A stretch of DNA of 47,486 bases from Planctomycetota bacterium (GTDB lineage Bacteria > Planctomycetota > UBA1135 > UBA2386). The notes under the pieces were generated by a model. It was not told where the DNA came from, ran no database searches, and saw nothing but the letters and a program-made list of their open reading frames with translations. Shown in pieces: positions 29,780-39,474 of the stretch (positions are counted from its first letter, which is position 1; each line of letters starts with the position of its first letter). A program made the position numbers and the translations under genes. Location: NCBI GenBank assembly GCA_947501605.1, contig CANMWZ010000036.1, positions 1 to 47,486 of the forward strand. The letters are read 5' to 3'.

Positions 29780-29988
29780 GCCCGCATCCTAGCCGCCGGT
29801 TGCCGACCGACGCCGGCCTCTACGTTGCGGACGACGCCGAGGTCGGTGTCGCCAAGGCCTCGCCGAATCGATGGTATCGCCTGCGATCAGGCGACTCGAT
29901 CTCTACGCTCCCGACTCGCGTTCGGCGGCGAAGCCGCTCGAGAACCGACTGCTCGGGTTCGCGCCGTTCGCTCTCCCTTCTCTGCGCC

Positions 29989-30453
29989 ATGGCTAGCACG
30001 ATACCCAACGAGCCCGACTACTTTGACGACCCCGAGGTCGAAGCGCAGTGGTGCATCGACATGCACGCCGAGGCCGAGCGCTACCTTGAAGACGAGCAGG
30101 TGCCGCACGGGGCGATCAGCGATTGGCCTGCCTTCCGGTTGGCGCCGCATGTTGCGCTGTTCGCCGTTGCGAGCCGAGAGCAGCCCGGCTGGATCGGGTT
30201 GTGGGTCGTCTGCGGCGATCTGCCGACCGACCACCTCGATGCGGCGAGCATCGCGAGTCCGCGCGCGGCACTCGCGACGTTTGCTTCACGGTGGCAGGCC
30301 TACTGCGAGGCTCTTCGCAGTGGGGCAGAAGCGGCGGAGCTGCGCATCGGCGACCTTGCGGTTCGAGCGGACGAAGTGCTGCCGATGCTGGAGAGTCGCG
30401 CGCGCACGCTCGAGAAGTGGGCTCAGACGGATGCGGTCTGGAACGGGGACTGA
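29989..30453 (+). CDS. DUF4826-like protein
   Basis: GLWVVCGDLPTD signature, recognised from memory of the family. Start at MASTIP. Confidence 0.7.
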   Translation: MASTIPNEPDYFDDPEVEAQWCIDMHAEAERYLEDEQVPHGAISDWPAFRLAPHVALFAVASREQPGWIGLWVVCGDLPTDHLDAASIASPRAALATFASRWQAYCEALRSGAEAAELRIGDLAVRADEVLPMLESRARTLEKWAQTDAVWNGD

Positions 30454-30594
30454 GCGTTGCTCCCAGCATGCGGCCGGCGCGGACCCGCGAGCGGACATCG
30501 CGTTGCCGCCTCATGCTCGCATAGGAGGCAGCAGTTCGGCCGGGCTCACGCGTGGCAGGGCTGCGGCGGCGTCGCTACCCTTGGCGCCACTCGC

Positions 30595-32721
30595 ATGAAG
30601 ACTCTCGCCCTGGCGCGCGCCTTCGCGTTCGCCGCCTTCACCGCACCCTTCGCCTTCGCACAACAGCCGAGCGCGCCGTCAACGCCGATGCCACAAGACC
30701 AAGTGACCGACGATCCGTTCCTCTGGCTCGAAGACGTCAGCGGTGACAAGGCTCTGGAATGGGTGCGCGCGCGCAATGCCGACAGCGAGAAGGCTCTGAC
30801 CGCGGGTCCACGCTTCGACGGGATTCGCAGGCGCTTGCTGTCGATCCTCGACTCGACCGCACGCATCCCGTACGTGCAGAAGCACGGAGCGCATTACTAC
30901 AACCTCTGGCAAGACGCGCAGAATCCGCGCGGGCTGTGGCGGCGCACATCGCTCGAGGAGTACCGCAAGGACGCGCCGAACTGGGACGTCGTGCTCGATC
31001 TCGACGCGCTCGGCAAGACCGAGAACGAGAACTGGGTGTGGAAAGGTTCGTCGTGGCTGCTGCCCGATCACACCCGCGTGCTGCTGTCCCTGTCGCGCGG
31101 CGGCGCCGACGCGGCCGTGGTGCGCGAGTTCGATGTCGAGACCAAGCAGTTCGTCGCCGACGGCTTTGTGCTGCCCGAGGCGAAGAGCAGTGTCGGCTGG
31201 CGCGATCGCGACACGATCTTCGTCGGCACCGATTTCGGAGCGGGCTCGCTGACCAGTTCGGGGTATCCGCGCGTCGTCAAGTTGTGGCGTCGCGGCACCC
31301 CGTTGTCGTCGGCGACGACCGTTGCCGAAGGCAAGGTTGAGGACGTCTTCGTCTACGGCTATCGCGATCAAGCCAAGGGCTACGAACGCGACTTTGTCTA
31401 CCGCGGCATGACCTTCTACACCAACGAGGTGTTCCTGCTGCGCGACGGCAAGTCGGTGCGCCTCGACAAGCCGGACAGCGCCAACGCCAGCGTCCACCAG
31501 AACTGGCTGATGCTCCAGTTGCGCGACGACTGGAACGTGGCCAACACGACCCACGCTGCGGGCTCGCTGCTGGCGTGCAAGCTCGAGTCCTTCCTCGCCG
31601 GCGAGCGAAAGTTCGAAGTGCTGTTTGCGCCGACGGAGCGCAGTTCGTTGTCCGGGTTCTCCGGCACCAAGAACCACGTACTGCTGTCGGTGCTCGACAA
31701 CGTTCGCACCCGCGTCTTCGTTCTCACTGCGACCGACAAGGGCTTCACGCGCGAGTTGCTGCCAGGTCTGCCCGAGTTCGGCACCGTGAGTGCCGGTGCG
31801 GTCGACGAAGAGGATAGTGATGACTACTTCTTGACCGTCACTGACTATCTGACGCCGACCAGTCTCTTGCTCGGGACCATCGGCAAAGGCCCAGCGCAGC
31901 CGCTGAAGAGCCTGCCGACGTTCTTCGATAGCTCCAAGCTCGCGGTCACGCAGCGGGAGGCGAAGTCAAAGGACGGCACGTTGGTCCCGTACTTCTTGGT
32001 GATGCCTACAGACGCTGCCCGCGACGGCAACAACCCGACGCTGCTCTATGGTTACGGCGGCTTCGAGGTGTCGATGACGCCCAACTACAGCGCCGGCGTC
32101 GGTGCGAGCTGGCTCGAACAAGGCGGCTGCTACGCAGTGGCCAACATCCGCGGTGGCGGCGAGTTTGGGCCCCGATGGCACCAGGCTGCGCAGAAGCAGA
32201 ATCGCATCAAGTGCTACGAGGACTTCGCCGCGGTCGCTGAGGACTTGATCCGGCAGAAGATCACGTCGAAGGCGCACCTCGGCATCCAAGGCGGCAGCAA
32301 CGGCGGCATGCTGATGGGCAACATGACCGTGATGTACCCCGAACTCTTCGCTGGGGTCGTCTGCCAAGTGCCGCTGCTCGACATGTTGCGGTACCACAAG
32401 CTGTTGGCTGGCGCATCGTGGATCGGTGAGTACGGCAACCCGGAAATCCCCGAGGAAGCGAAGTGGCTGTTGCGCTACTCGCCGTACCACAACGTCAAGA
32501 ACGGCGTGAAGTACCCGAAGGTCCTGTTCACGACGTCGACGCGCGACGATCGCGTTCATCCGGGCCACGCCCGCAAGATGATGGCAAGGATGCTGCAGCA
32601 GGGTCACGACGTCCTCTACTACGAGAACATCGAGGGCGGGCATGGCGGCGCGGCGGACAACAAGCAGGCGGCGTTCATGAGCGCGCTCGCGTACTCGTTC
32701 TTGTGGCAGACGCTGAAGTGA
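30595..32721 (+). CDS. Prolyl oligopeptidase (S9A), secreted
   Basis: Signal peptide AFA-Q. DPFLWLED, YGYGGF, NIRGGGEFG, catalytic GGSNGG, DDRV and GGHG. Confidence 0.96.
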   Translation: MKTLALARAFAFAAFTAPFAFAQQPSAPSTPMPQDQVTDDPFLWLEDVSGDKALEWVRARNADSEKALTAGPRFDGIRRRLLSILDSTARIPYVQKHGAHYYNLWQDAQNPRGLWRRTSLEEYRKDAPNWDVVLDLDALGKTENENWVWKGSSWLLPDHTRVLLSLSRGGADAAVVREFDVETKQFVADGFVLPEAKSSVGWRDRDTIFVGTDFGAGSLTSSGYPRVVKLWRRGTPLSSATTVAEGKVEDVFVYGYRDQAKGYERDFVYRGMTFYTNEVFLLRDGKSVRLDKPDSANASVHQNWLMLQLRDDWNVANTTHAAGSLLACKLESFLAGERKFEVLFAPTERSSLSGFSGTKNHVLLSVLDNVRTRVFVLTATDKGFTRELLPGLPEFGTVSAGAVDEEDSDDYFLTVTDYLTPTSLLLGTIGKGPAQPLKSLPTFFDSSKLAVTQREAKSKDGTLVPYFLVMPTDAARDGNNPTLLYGYGGFEVSMTPNYSAGVGASWLEQGGCYAVANIRGGGEFGPRWHQAAQKQNRIKCYEDFAAVAEDLIRQKITSKAHLGIQGGSNGGMLMGNMTVMYPELFAGVVCQVPLLDMLRYHKLLAGASWIGEYGNPEIPEEAKWLLRYSPYHNVKNGVKYPKVLFTTSTRDDRVHPGHARKMMARMLQQGHDVLYYENIEGGHGGAADNKQAAFMSALAYSFLWQTLK

Positions 32722-33041
32722 CCGCCGATTGCCTCGATCGCCGTGAATCACGGCAACGACAGTTGGATGCGCGCGCGGCGATGAGGTTTGCCGCCGACTG
32801 CCAGCCGCAGGCGCTCGCGCTCAAGGTGACTGCGGCCAGTGCCGTCGCGCCGCCGCATCGAGGCAGATGCGCAGAAAGGCAGCGGCGGGCCGGTGCGTTC
32901 TCGCGGCACAGCATGTACGGATGGCTCTTGCCCCACTCCATCCGTGCACCCAGACTCGGCGGCAGGTGCCCGAGTCGCATTCTGTGCTTTCCGGCGCGGT
33001 GTGCGTGCTGACGGTGGCGCTCTGCGTAACCACGGAAACCC

Positions 33042-35288
33042 ATGAAGATCGCGTGCATCGGCGGCGGCCCGGCCTCCCTCTACTTCGCGCTATTGCTCAA
33101 GAAGTCGCGGCCCGACGTCATGATCGACGTCTTCGAGCAGAACCGCGCTGACGATACGTTTGGCTGGGGCGTGGTGTTCTCCGACGAGACCCTCGGCAAC
33201 TTCGAAGTCGCCGATCCCGAGTCCTACGCGTCGATCTGCGCGAGCTTCGCGCGATGGACCGACATCGAGACGTTCGTCGGCGGACAAAAGACGGTGAGCA
33301 CCGGTCACGGCTTCTGCGGTCTCGCGCGGAAGCGCCTGCTGCAGATCCTGCAAGAGCGCTGCTCTGAGCTCGGCGTGCGCATCGCCTACGAGCGCGCGTT
33401 CGTGGATGTGGAGACCGCGAGACGTGACTACGACCTCGTGGTCGCAGCCGACGGTGTCAACAGCAAGGTGCGCGAGCGCCTGGCGTCGTCGTTTCGGCCA
33501 GAGCTCGATTGGCGAAAGTGCAAGTTCGCCTGGTTTGGCACCGACAAGGACCTCCGCGCCTTCACCTTCGTGTTCACCGACACACCGCATGGCCGCTTTC
33601 AGGTGCATGCGTATCCGTTCGAGAAGGGACGCGGTACGTGGATCGTCGAGTGCCGCGAAGAGGCATGGCGAGCCGCTGGTCTCGATCACAAGAGTGAGGC
33701 GGAGTCGGCCGAATGGTGTCAGAGGCTCTGGCCAGAGCACCTCGCGGGCCACAAGTTGCTGACCAATCGGTCCATCTGGCGCACCTTCCCGACGGTCCGC
33801 TGTGCATCCTGGGTGCACGAGAACGTGGTGTTGATGGGCGATGCCGCGCACACCGCGCACTTCTCGATCGGCTCGGGCACCAAGCTTGCGATGGAAGACT
33901 CGATTGCGCTCCAGCAGGCGGTGATGGCGCACGGCAACGACGTCAGGGCGGCGCTCGCGGCGTACCAAGAGGCCCGATATGTCGATGTCCTCAAGATCCA
34001 GCGAGCGGCGCAGACGAGTCTCGAGTGGTTCGAGAACAGCGCGCGTTACAAGGCGCAATCGCCGGTGCAGTTCACCTTCAACCTGATGACGCGAAGCCGA
34101 CGCATCACCTACGACAACCTGAAGCTGCGCGACCCAGAACTGGTCCGCGGCACGGATGTCGACGTCGCCAGACAGCACGGCGTCGAGGTGCTCGCAGGCC
34201 AGAAGGCGCCGCCGCCGGCATATCTGCCATTCGCGCTGCGCGCGATGCACTTACAGAACCGCGTCGTGGTCTCGCCGATGTGCCAGTACTCGGCGACGGA
34301 CGGTGTTCCTGACGACTGGCACATGGTGCACCTCGGCAGTCGCGCGATCGGCGGCGCGGGTCTCGTGCTGACCGAGATGACCAACGTCTCGGCGGAGGGT
34401 CGCATCACGCCTGGATGCACGGGTATCTGGAACGACGCGCAGGAGATGGCATGGAAGCGCGTGGTCGACTTCGTGCATGCGCATTCGCAGAGCAAGATCG
34501 GTCTCCAGCTGGCGCACGCGGGCCGCAAGGGTTCGCGTTCGCGGCCGTGGGAGGGTGACGCTCCGCTGACCGTCGGTGCGTGGGCGACGCTCGCACCCTC
34601 GGCGATTCCGTTCTACGAGGGCCAGCCGGCACCAAAGGCGATGGACCAGGCCGACTTCGCGGCGGTGCAGGCGCAGTTCGTGGACGGCGCGCGCCGGGCG
34701 CACTTTGCGGGCTTCGACGCGATCGAGTTGCACATGGCGCACGGCTACTTGTTGTCGAGCTTCTTGTCGCCGCTGTCGAACCAACGCACCGATGCCTATG
34801 GCGGCAACCTCGAGAACCGCGCGCGCTTTCCGCTCGCGGTGTTCGCCGCCGTGCGCTCGGTATGGCCGCAGAACAAGCCACTACTCGTGCGCATCTCGGC
34901 GACCGATTGGTTGGGCGAAGGCGGCTTTACGCTCGAGGATGCTGTGCAGTTTGCGAAGTGGCTGAAGGATCAGGGGTGCGATCTGATCGACGTGTCGTCG
35001 GCCGGCAACTCACCAGAATCCAAGCCGGTCTATGGGCGCATGTACCAAGTTCCGTTTGCCGAACAGGTGCGCTGCGAGGCCGAGATTCCAGTGATGGCCG
35101 TCGGTGGCATCCAGAGCATCGACCACGCGAACACCATCGTGGGTGCGGGGCGCGCGGATCTGTGCGCGATTGCGCGTGGGCACTTGGAAGAGCCCTATCT
35201 GACGATGCAAGGCGCAAACCGCTACGGCGTCGCGAACTTCGCGTGGCCCAAGCAGTACTTGGCGGTGCAGAAGCGCGCGGCGGAGTGA
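33042..35288 (+). CDS. Bifunctional anthraniloyl-CoA monooxygenase/reductase (salicylyl-CoA 5-hydroxylase family): FAD monooxygenase plus OYE-like domain
   Basis: IGGGPA, DTFGWGVVFSD and GDAAHTAHFSIGSGTKLA, then NRVVVSPMCQYSA, QLAHAGRK, HMAHGYL and RTDAYGG. Confidence 0.93.
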   Translation: MKIACIGGGPASLYFALLLKKSRPDVMIDVFEQNRADDTFGWGVVFSDETLGNFEVADPESYASICASFARWTDIETFVGGQKTVSTGHGFCGLARKRLLQILQERCSELGVRIAYERAFVDVETARRDYDLVVAADGVNSKVRERLASSFRPELDWRKCKFAWFGTDKDLRAFTFVFTDTPHGRFQVHAYPFEKGRGTWIVECREEAWRAAGLDHKSEAESAEWCQRLWPEHLAGHKLLTNRSIWRTFPTVRCASWVHENVVLMGDAAHTAHFSIGSGTKLAMEDSIALQQAVMAHGNDVRAALAAYQEARYVDVLKIQRAAQTSLEWFENSARYKAQSPVQFTFNLMTRSRRITYDNLKLRDPELVRGTDVDVARQHGVEVLAGQKAPPPAYLPFALRAMHLQNRVVVSPMCQYSATDGVPDDWHMVHLGSRAIGGAGLVLTEMTNVSAEGRITPGCTGIWNDAQEMAWKRVVDFVHAHSQSKIGLQLAHAGRKGSRSRPWEGDAPLTVGAWATLAPSAIPFYEGQPAPKAMDQADFAAVQAQFVDGARRAHFAGFDAIELHMAHGYLLSSFLSPLSNQRTDAYGGNLENRARFPLAVFAAVRSVWPQNKPLLVRISATDWLGEGGFTLEDAVQFAKWLKDQGCDLIDVSSAGNSPESKPVYGRMYQVPFAEQVRCEAEIPVMAVGGIQSIDHANTIVGAGRADLCAIARGHLEEPYLTMQGANRYGVANFAWPKQYLAVQKRAAE

Positions 35289-35306
35289 GTCACTCCGACG
35301 GGCCCC

Positions 35307-35765
35307 CTAGACCCAGTGGTCGCCGTCGATCCAGCCCATGGAGCCGAAGCCCGCGATCCAGCGCACGTGAGCGACTCGCAGCACGAAGGGATGAAAGTCG
35401 TGCGCCGTGGCCCACGCTGCTGCCTCGCGGAAGCGCGCGAGGTAGATGGTGAGCGCCTGTTCGCGGGCGGCACCTTCGAGAACCTCGACGCGGCCCATGA
35501 TGGTTGCCCGCGCCGAGGCAAGTGGCGACTCGGTTGCGGTCGCCTCCTGTACCAGCAGGCTGGCGCGCGGGTCGGCGCGCAGATTGTGCGTGTGCTCGGC
35601 GATGGCCGAGAACAAGAAGATCGGCTCGTGGCGCTCAGTCAGCGCATAGGGGGTCAGCGAGCCAAACGGCCAGTTGCTGTGGCGCACGTGCAGGGTCGAC
35701 AGCACGCCGTGGCGCTGCGCGGTGAGCAGGCGGTGAACGGCGAGCAGGGCTTCGGTAGGCGGCAT
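35307..35765 (-). CDS. Pyridoxamine 5'-phosphate oxidase-like split-barrel protein (HugZ/CREG-like)
   Basis: GVLST, PFGS, SAIAEHTHNL.ADPRASLLV, HDF and RWIAGFGSMGW. Confidence 0.88.
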   Translation of the reverse strand: MPPTEALLAVHRLLTAQRHGVLSTLHVRHSNWPFGSLTPYALTERHEPIFLFSAIAEHTHNLRADPRASLLVQEATATESPLASARATIMGRVEVLEGAAREQALTIYLARFREAAAWATAHDFHPFVLRVAHVRWIAGFGSMGWIDGDHWV

Positions 35766-36009
35766 CGTGTGACGGTCCTACTCGAAGGCGGCGAGGAAGT
35801 CCTCACGTGCGTTCGTGTCGGTTCGCTTGCGGTCATCGAGCGGCTGGGAGCGAGGCAAACCGAGCAGAGCCCCGCCACTGCAGGGAGCCTCCGGGCGACG
35901 CATCACTGCGCGAACGCACCGCGAACCGGGCGGCTCTGCGTGCAGCGCGCGACCAGAAGGCAAGGCGGCACGGGCGCTGCCTCTGGTCGGTGTTGCAACG
36001 GGGCGCGTA

Positions 36010-36738
36010 TTAGCCGTGGCCCTTGTGCTCGCCGTCCTTCGGCTTGTCGGCCTTCTTCTCGTCGGCTTCCTGTTCCTTACCGGGTGCGTGCTGCACCAGG
36101 TTCGGCAGGTACTTTGCTGGCTCCTGCTCGAACTTCGCCACGCACTTGGCGCAGCAAAAGCGGACGAGCCGCGTACCGAACATGACGTCGACCTTGTCGT
36201 CGGCGATCGCTTCGCCGCCGACGGGGCAGGTCTCGTTGACCTGTGCCTTCTGCGCTTCGTAGGCTGCGTCGGTGACCTTCTTGGCCATCTCGGCGGGCTT
36301 GGCCATCGCCTTCTTCGTGCAGCTCTTGCAGCAGAGCTGGACCAGCGTGCCTTCGAGCATCAGCTGGACTGGCGCGCCCATGCTGCCCAGTGGTTCGCCG
36401 GAGATGGCGCAGGTCTTGAGCGGGTAGTTCGCGAGTTGCGCTGCCTTGCTGGCCTCTTCGAGCTTGGCCTTGAAGGGCGCTGCGCCGGCCTCCACCTTGG
36501 CCTTGCACTTCTCGCAGCACGTCTTGAACGTGGTGCCGTCGACTTGGAAGACCACCGCGTCATCGCCAAGTTTCTCGCCGGAGGCGATGCATGTGTCGAT
36601 CGGATAGAGCGCCGCCTTGTGCTCGACCTTGGCCTCGGTCTTGACTGCGGGTTTCGTATCCGGCGCGGGCTTGTGGTCTTGGGCGGTGACGAAGCCGCAC
36701 AGCAATGCTGCGGCGACAGAGAGGAGTCGAGTCATCAT
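36010..36738 (-). CDS. Secreted protein with three YHS/TRASH-like Cys repeats (putative metal binding)
   Basis: Signal peptide VTA-Q. Three repeats of TCxxxGE...CCxxC and a C-terminal HKGHG. Confidence 0.85.
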   Translation of the reverse strand: MMTRLLSVAAALLCGFVTAQDHKPAPDTKPAVKTEAKVEHKAALYPIDTCIASGEKLGDDAVVFQVDGTTFKTCCEKCKAKVEAGAAPFKAKLEEASKAAQLANYPLKTCAISGEPLGSMGAPVQLMLEGTLVQLCCKSCTKKAMAKPAEMAKKVTDAAYEAQKAQVNETCPVGGEAIADDKVDVMFGTRLVRFCCAKCVAKFEQEPAKYLPNLVQHAPGKEQEADEKKADKPKDGEHKGHG

Positions 36739-36780
36739 GGTTGGTTTCTGGTGGTTCGGCGGCCGTCGTTTCCTAGGAGC

Positions 36781-37701
36781 TCAAAAGCTGTCCGCCGCCT
36801 GATACGCCGCGATCAAGGCGCGTTCCCCGTCTTTGCCACCCTGTGATTTTCCGTGCTCCATTCCGACGATGCCGGTGAAGCCCTTCTGGTGGATATGGCG
36901 GAAGATGTTCCTGTAGTTCACTTCGCCGGTGCCCGGCTCATTGCGGCCGGGATTGTCTCCGACCTGGAAGTAGGCGATCTCCTTCCAGGCGCGATCGATG
37001 TTGGGGATCAGATTCCCCTCGGTCACCTGCTGGTGGTAGAGGTCGTCGAGCACCTTGCAGAACGGTGAGTTGACGGCGCGGCAGATCTCGTAGCCCTGCG
37101 CCACCTTGGTCAAGAACAGTTGGGGGTGGTCTCGGAAGTTGAGGGGTTCGAGTACCATCGTCAGATTGGCCTCGGCTGTGATCTCGGCGCACCGCCGCAG
37201 GAGATCGACGGCGTTGGCCATCTGGTAACCGTGATCGAGCCGGTGGTCGACGAGGCCGGGGACCACCGTGCACCACTTGGCGTTGACCCGCTTGCTGATG
37301 TCGACCGCCGTGCGCATGGCTTCGAGCACGCCGTCGGCCCATTCTTTCTTTCCCGACGCAAACGAAGCGTTGCCCCAGTCGGCGTGCGCGACGAACACGC
37401 CCATCTCGATGCCGCACTTCTGCATCTTGGCGGCGATCTTCTCCTGCTGGTCGTTCGAACGGCTGCCCATGCCGTTGTCCTCCCACGCCGTGAAACCCTC
37501 GTCGGCAGCGAACTGCAACTGGTCGAGCATGTCGGGCGCGTGGCTCTCGAACATGCCAAAGTGCGGCGCGTACTTGAGGTGGAACCCCTTCTTGCCGGTT
37601 GTGCCAACTCCCGGATTCTGCGCGGCGATGGCGGCAGAGTTGGGGAGCGTGAGTCCGAGGGTCGCAGACGTGGTGGTGAGTAAGAAATCGCGGCGATGCA
37701 T
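36781..37701 (-). CDS. Tat-exported hydroxypyruvate isomerase-like / xylose isomerase-like TIM barrel
   Basis: MHRRDFL Tat motif, LEPLN, DLYHQQ, QVGDNPGRNEPGTGEVNY and GMEH. Confidence 0.9.
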   Translation of the reverse strand: MHRRDFLLTTTSATLGLTLPNSAAIAAQNPGVGTTGKKGFHLKYAPHFGMFESHAPDMLDQLQFAADEGFTAWEDNGMGSRSNDQQEKIAAKMQKCGIEMGVFVAHADWGNASFASGKKEWADGVLEAMRTAVDISKRVNAKWCTVVPGLVDHRLDHGYQMANAVDLLRRCAEITAEANLTMVLEPLNFRDHPQLFLTKVAQGYEICRAVNSPFCKVLDDLYHQQVTEGNLIPNIDRAWKEIAYFQVGDNPGRNEPGTGEVNYRNIFRHIHQKGFTGIVGMEHGKSQGGKDGERALIAAYQAADSF

Positions 37702-37807
37702 GGGGAGCCTCCGACGGGGCACGATAGGGTCCGGCGCGTCGCGTTGCATCTGCCCGTGGTCGCGTTCGGCTGCTGCGGCTACGGTGCCCGACCCCCACAC
37801 GGCGCGC

Positions 37808-39340
37808 ATGGACCACGTCACAGCAGATCCAAACCCGCACGCGCACCGCCGCGACAGCGCCTTGCTCTTCGTGTGCGTCTTTGCTGCGTGCTCTCTGCTG
37901 GTTCGTGGTGCGTGGCACGGTCTCGACGCGTACAGCTTCTTGTCGCATCTCGAGCGCGGCGTCTATGCCAACCCGCGACACCCGCTCTATCTGCCGATCG
38001 TCGGTCTGGTGGTGGAGGCGCTGCGGCCGTTTGGTGTGTCGGTCGTCCGCGCGGCGGTGTTCGCCTCGGCTCTCGGCGCGGCGCTCGGCACGGTGCTGTG
38101 CCATCGCGCCTGTCTGCTACTGGGCATGGCGCGCCGCTCAGCCCTGCTCTGCGCGGTGACCCAGGCATCGTGTTTTGGCGTGCTCTACTACGGCTCGATG
38201 GTGGAGATCCACGCGGTGTTTCTGCTGCCAGCCGGCCTGTGCTGGTGGTTGTGCGCCCGGTACCTGAAGGCGCTGACGGTTGCTGCTGCGCTGGCCGTGG
38301 GCGTCGGCACCGGGCTTGCTGCGGCGGTTCACGCGACCGGGCACCTGCTGGTAGCGGTTCTCGGACTATTCGTGGCCGTCCGCATGGGCGATGGCCGCAG
38401 CGTGTGGCGCCGCCTGCCGCACTTCGGGCTGATGCTCGTGCCGCATGCGGCAATCGCACTGCTGGTGCCAAGGCTCGTGCTGCCAGCCGAAGTTCTTGCC
38501 GACGCTTCGCCCGAGGCCGGTGCGGTGTCGTACTTCGCATTCCTGCGCTCTCTCGGCACCGACTGGGGGCAGTTCCCGCGTGTGCTCTGGTACGAATGGC
38601 TGATGCCGATGATGCCGCTGTCGGTACTGGCTCCGGCTGCACTGTTGCTGGCAAGGACGCGGACGGCAGCGCTTCTGTTCTTGCTGGCGCTCGCTGGTTA
38701 TCTGGTGTTGACCACCATGCTGTTGGCGCCTGCTGCGGTGATGCAGAAGCCCGAGTATCTGCCGCCGTTCGCGACCTATGAGTTCGGCGCCTACTTTTTG
38801 CCGCTTGCCTTCCCTGCGGCGATGCTGGCATTGCGGATCGTGCCGGTGCGGGCGCAGATCTTGGTGCCGATCTTCGGCGTCGTGTGGGCACTACTCATGA
38901 TGTTCACGTCGTCGCGGGCGCCGAGCGACCTTGACTACGGGCGCGACGCGCTCGCGGTCGTCGATGAGCAAAAGGCGAGACTGCTGATCGGCGGCTATGG
39001 CGAACTCGACAGCATTCTGCAGCTGCGACCCGACTGCGGCAGTGAGCCGATGCACAACGAGCCGAGCACGGTGTTGACGGTCTATGGGCTGTGGCTGTGG
39101 CTTTTCCGTTTTCCCGAGTACCGCAAGCCGGAGCTGGTCACCACGTGGTTCGACGTGCAGGTTCAGCAGGTGACGCAGAAAGGTGGCCAGATGGTCGTGA
39201 CCGATGAGGCGCTGGCGCTGCTGCGCGCGACGCACGACGGCCTGCTCGATGTGCTCGTCAACGAGCACATTCCAGCCCACTACGAGCTGCGTCGGATCGA
39301 GCACGGCCGTTTCCGTGGTGCCATCGTCACGCGGCGCTGA
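37808..39340 (+). CDS. Polytopic membrane protein, probably GT-C superfamily
   Basis: About 11-12 hydrophobic segments. Acidic residue after TM1 (LDAYSF), PRHPLY and VEIH. Confidence 0.6.
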   Translation: MDHVTADPNPHAHRRDSALLFVCVFAACSLLVRGAWHGLDAYSFLSHLERGVYANPRHPLYLPIVGLVVEALRPFGVSVVRAAVFASALGAALGTVLCHRACLLLGMARRSALLCAVTQASCFGVLYYGSMVEIHAVFLLPAGLCWWLCARYLKALTVAAALAVGVGTGLAAAVHATGHLLVAVLGLFVAVRMGDGRSVWRRLPHFGLMLVPHAAIALLVPRLVLPAEVLADASPEAGAVSYFAFLRSLGTDWGQFPRVLWYEWLMPMMPLSVLAPAALLLARTRTAALLFLLALAGYLVLTTMLLAPAAVMQKPEYLPPFATYEFGAYFLPLAFPAAMLALRIVPVRAQILVPIFGVVWALLMMFTSSRAPSDLDYGRDALAVVDEQKARLLIGGYGELDSILQLRPDCGSEPMHNEPSTVLTVYGLWLWLFRFPEYRKPELVTTWFDVQVQQVTQKGGQMVVTDEALALLRATHDGLLDVLVNEHIPAHYELRRIEHGRFRGAIVTRR

Positions 39341-39474
39341 CCGCCCGCTGCGGAGCGAGTGCGAAGCGCAAGCCGTGGATTCCGCGGAGAACTCGTGCTG
39401 CAGCCGTCGGGCTTCGGAGCCGGTCGCAGCCGCAGCCGCTGGCGCTTTGGGGCACCACTTCTAGACTTCGGCGC

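Noticed and set aside
35780..35900. GAGGAAGTCC (RNase P-like) and GCCCCGCCACTG (cobalamin riboswitch-like) fragments
   Set aside because: The other conserved elements are absent, and on the + strand they point at the 3' end of a minus-strand gene.
35950..35989. 12-bp bulged hairpin downstream of the YHS-repeat gene (similar hairpins near 12604-12629 and 26640-26660)
   Set aside because: There is no U-tract and isolated GC-rich stems are common, so it was not called as a terminator.
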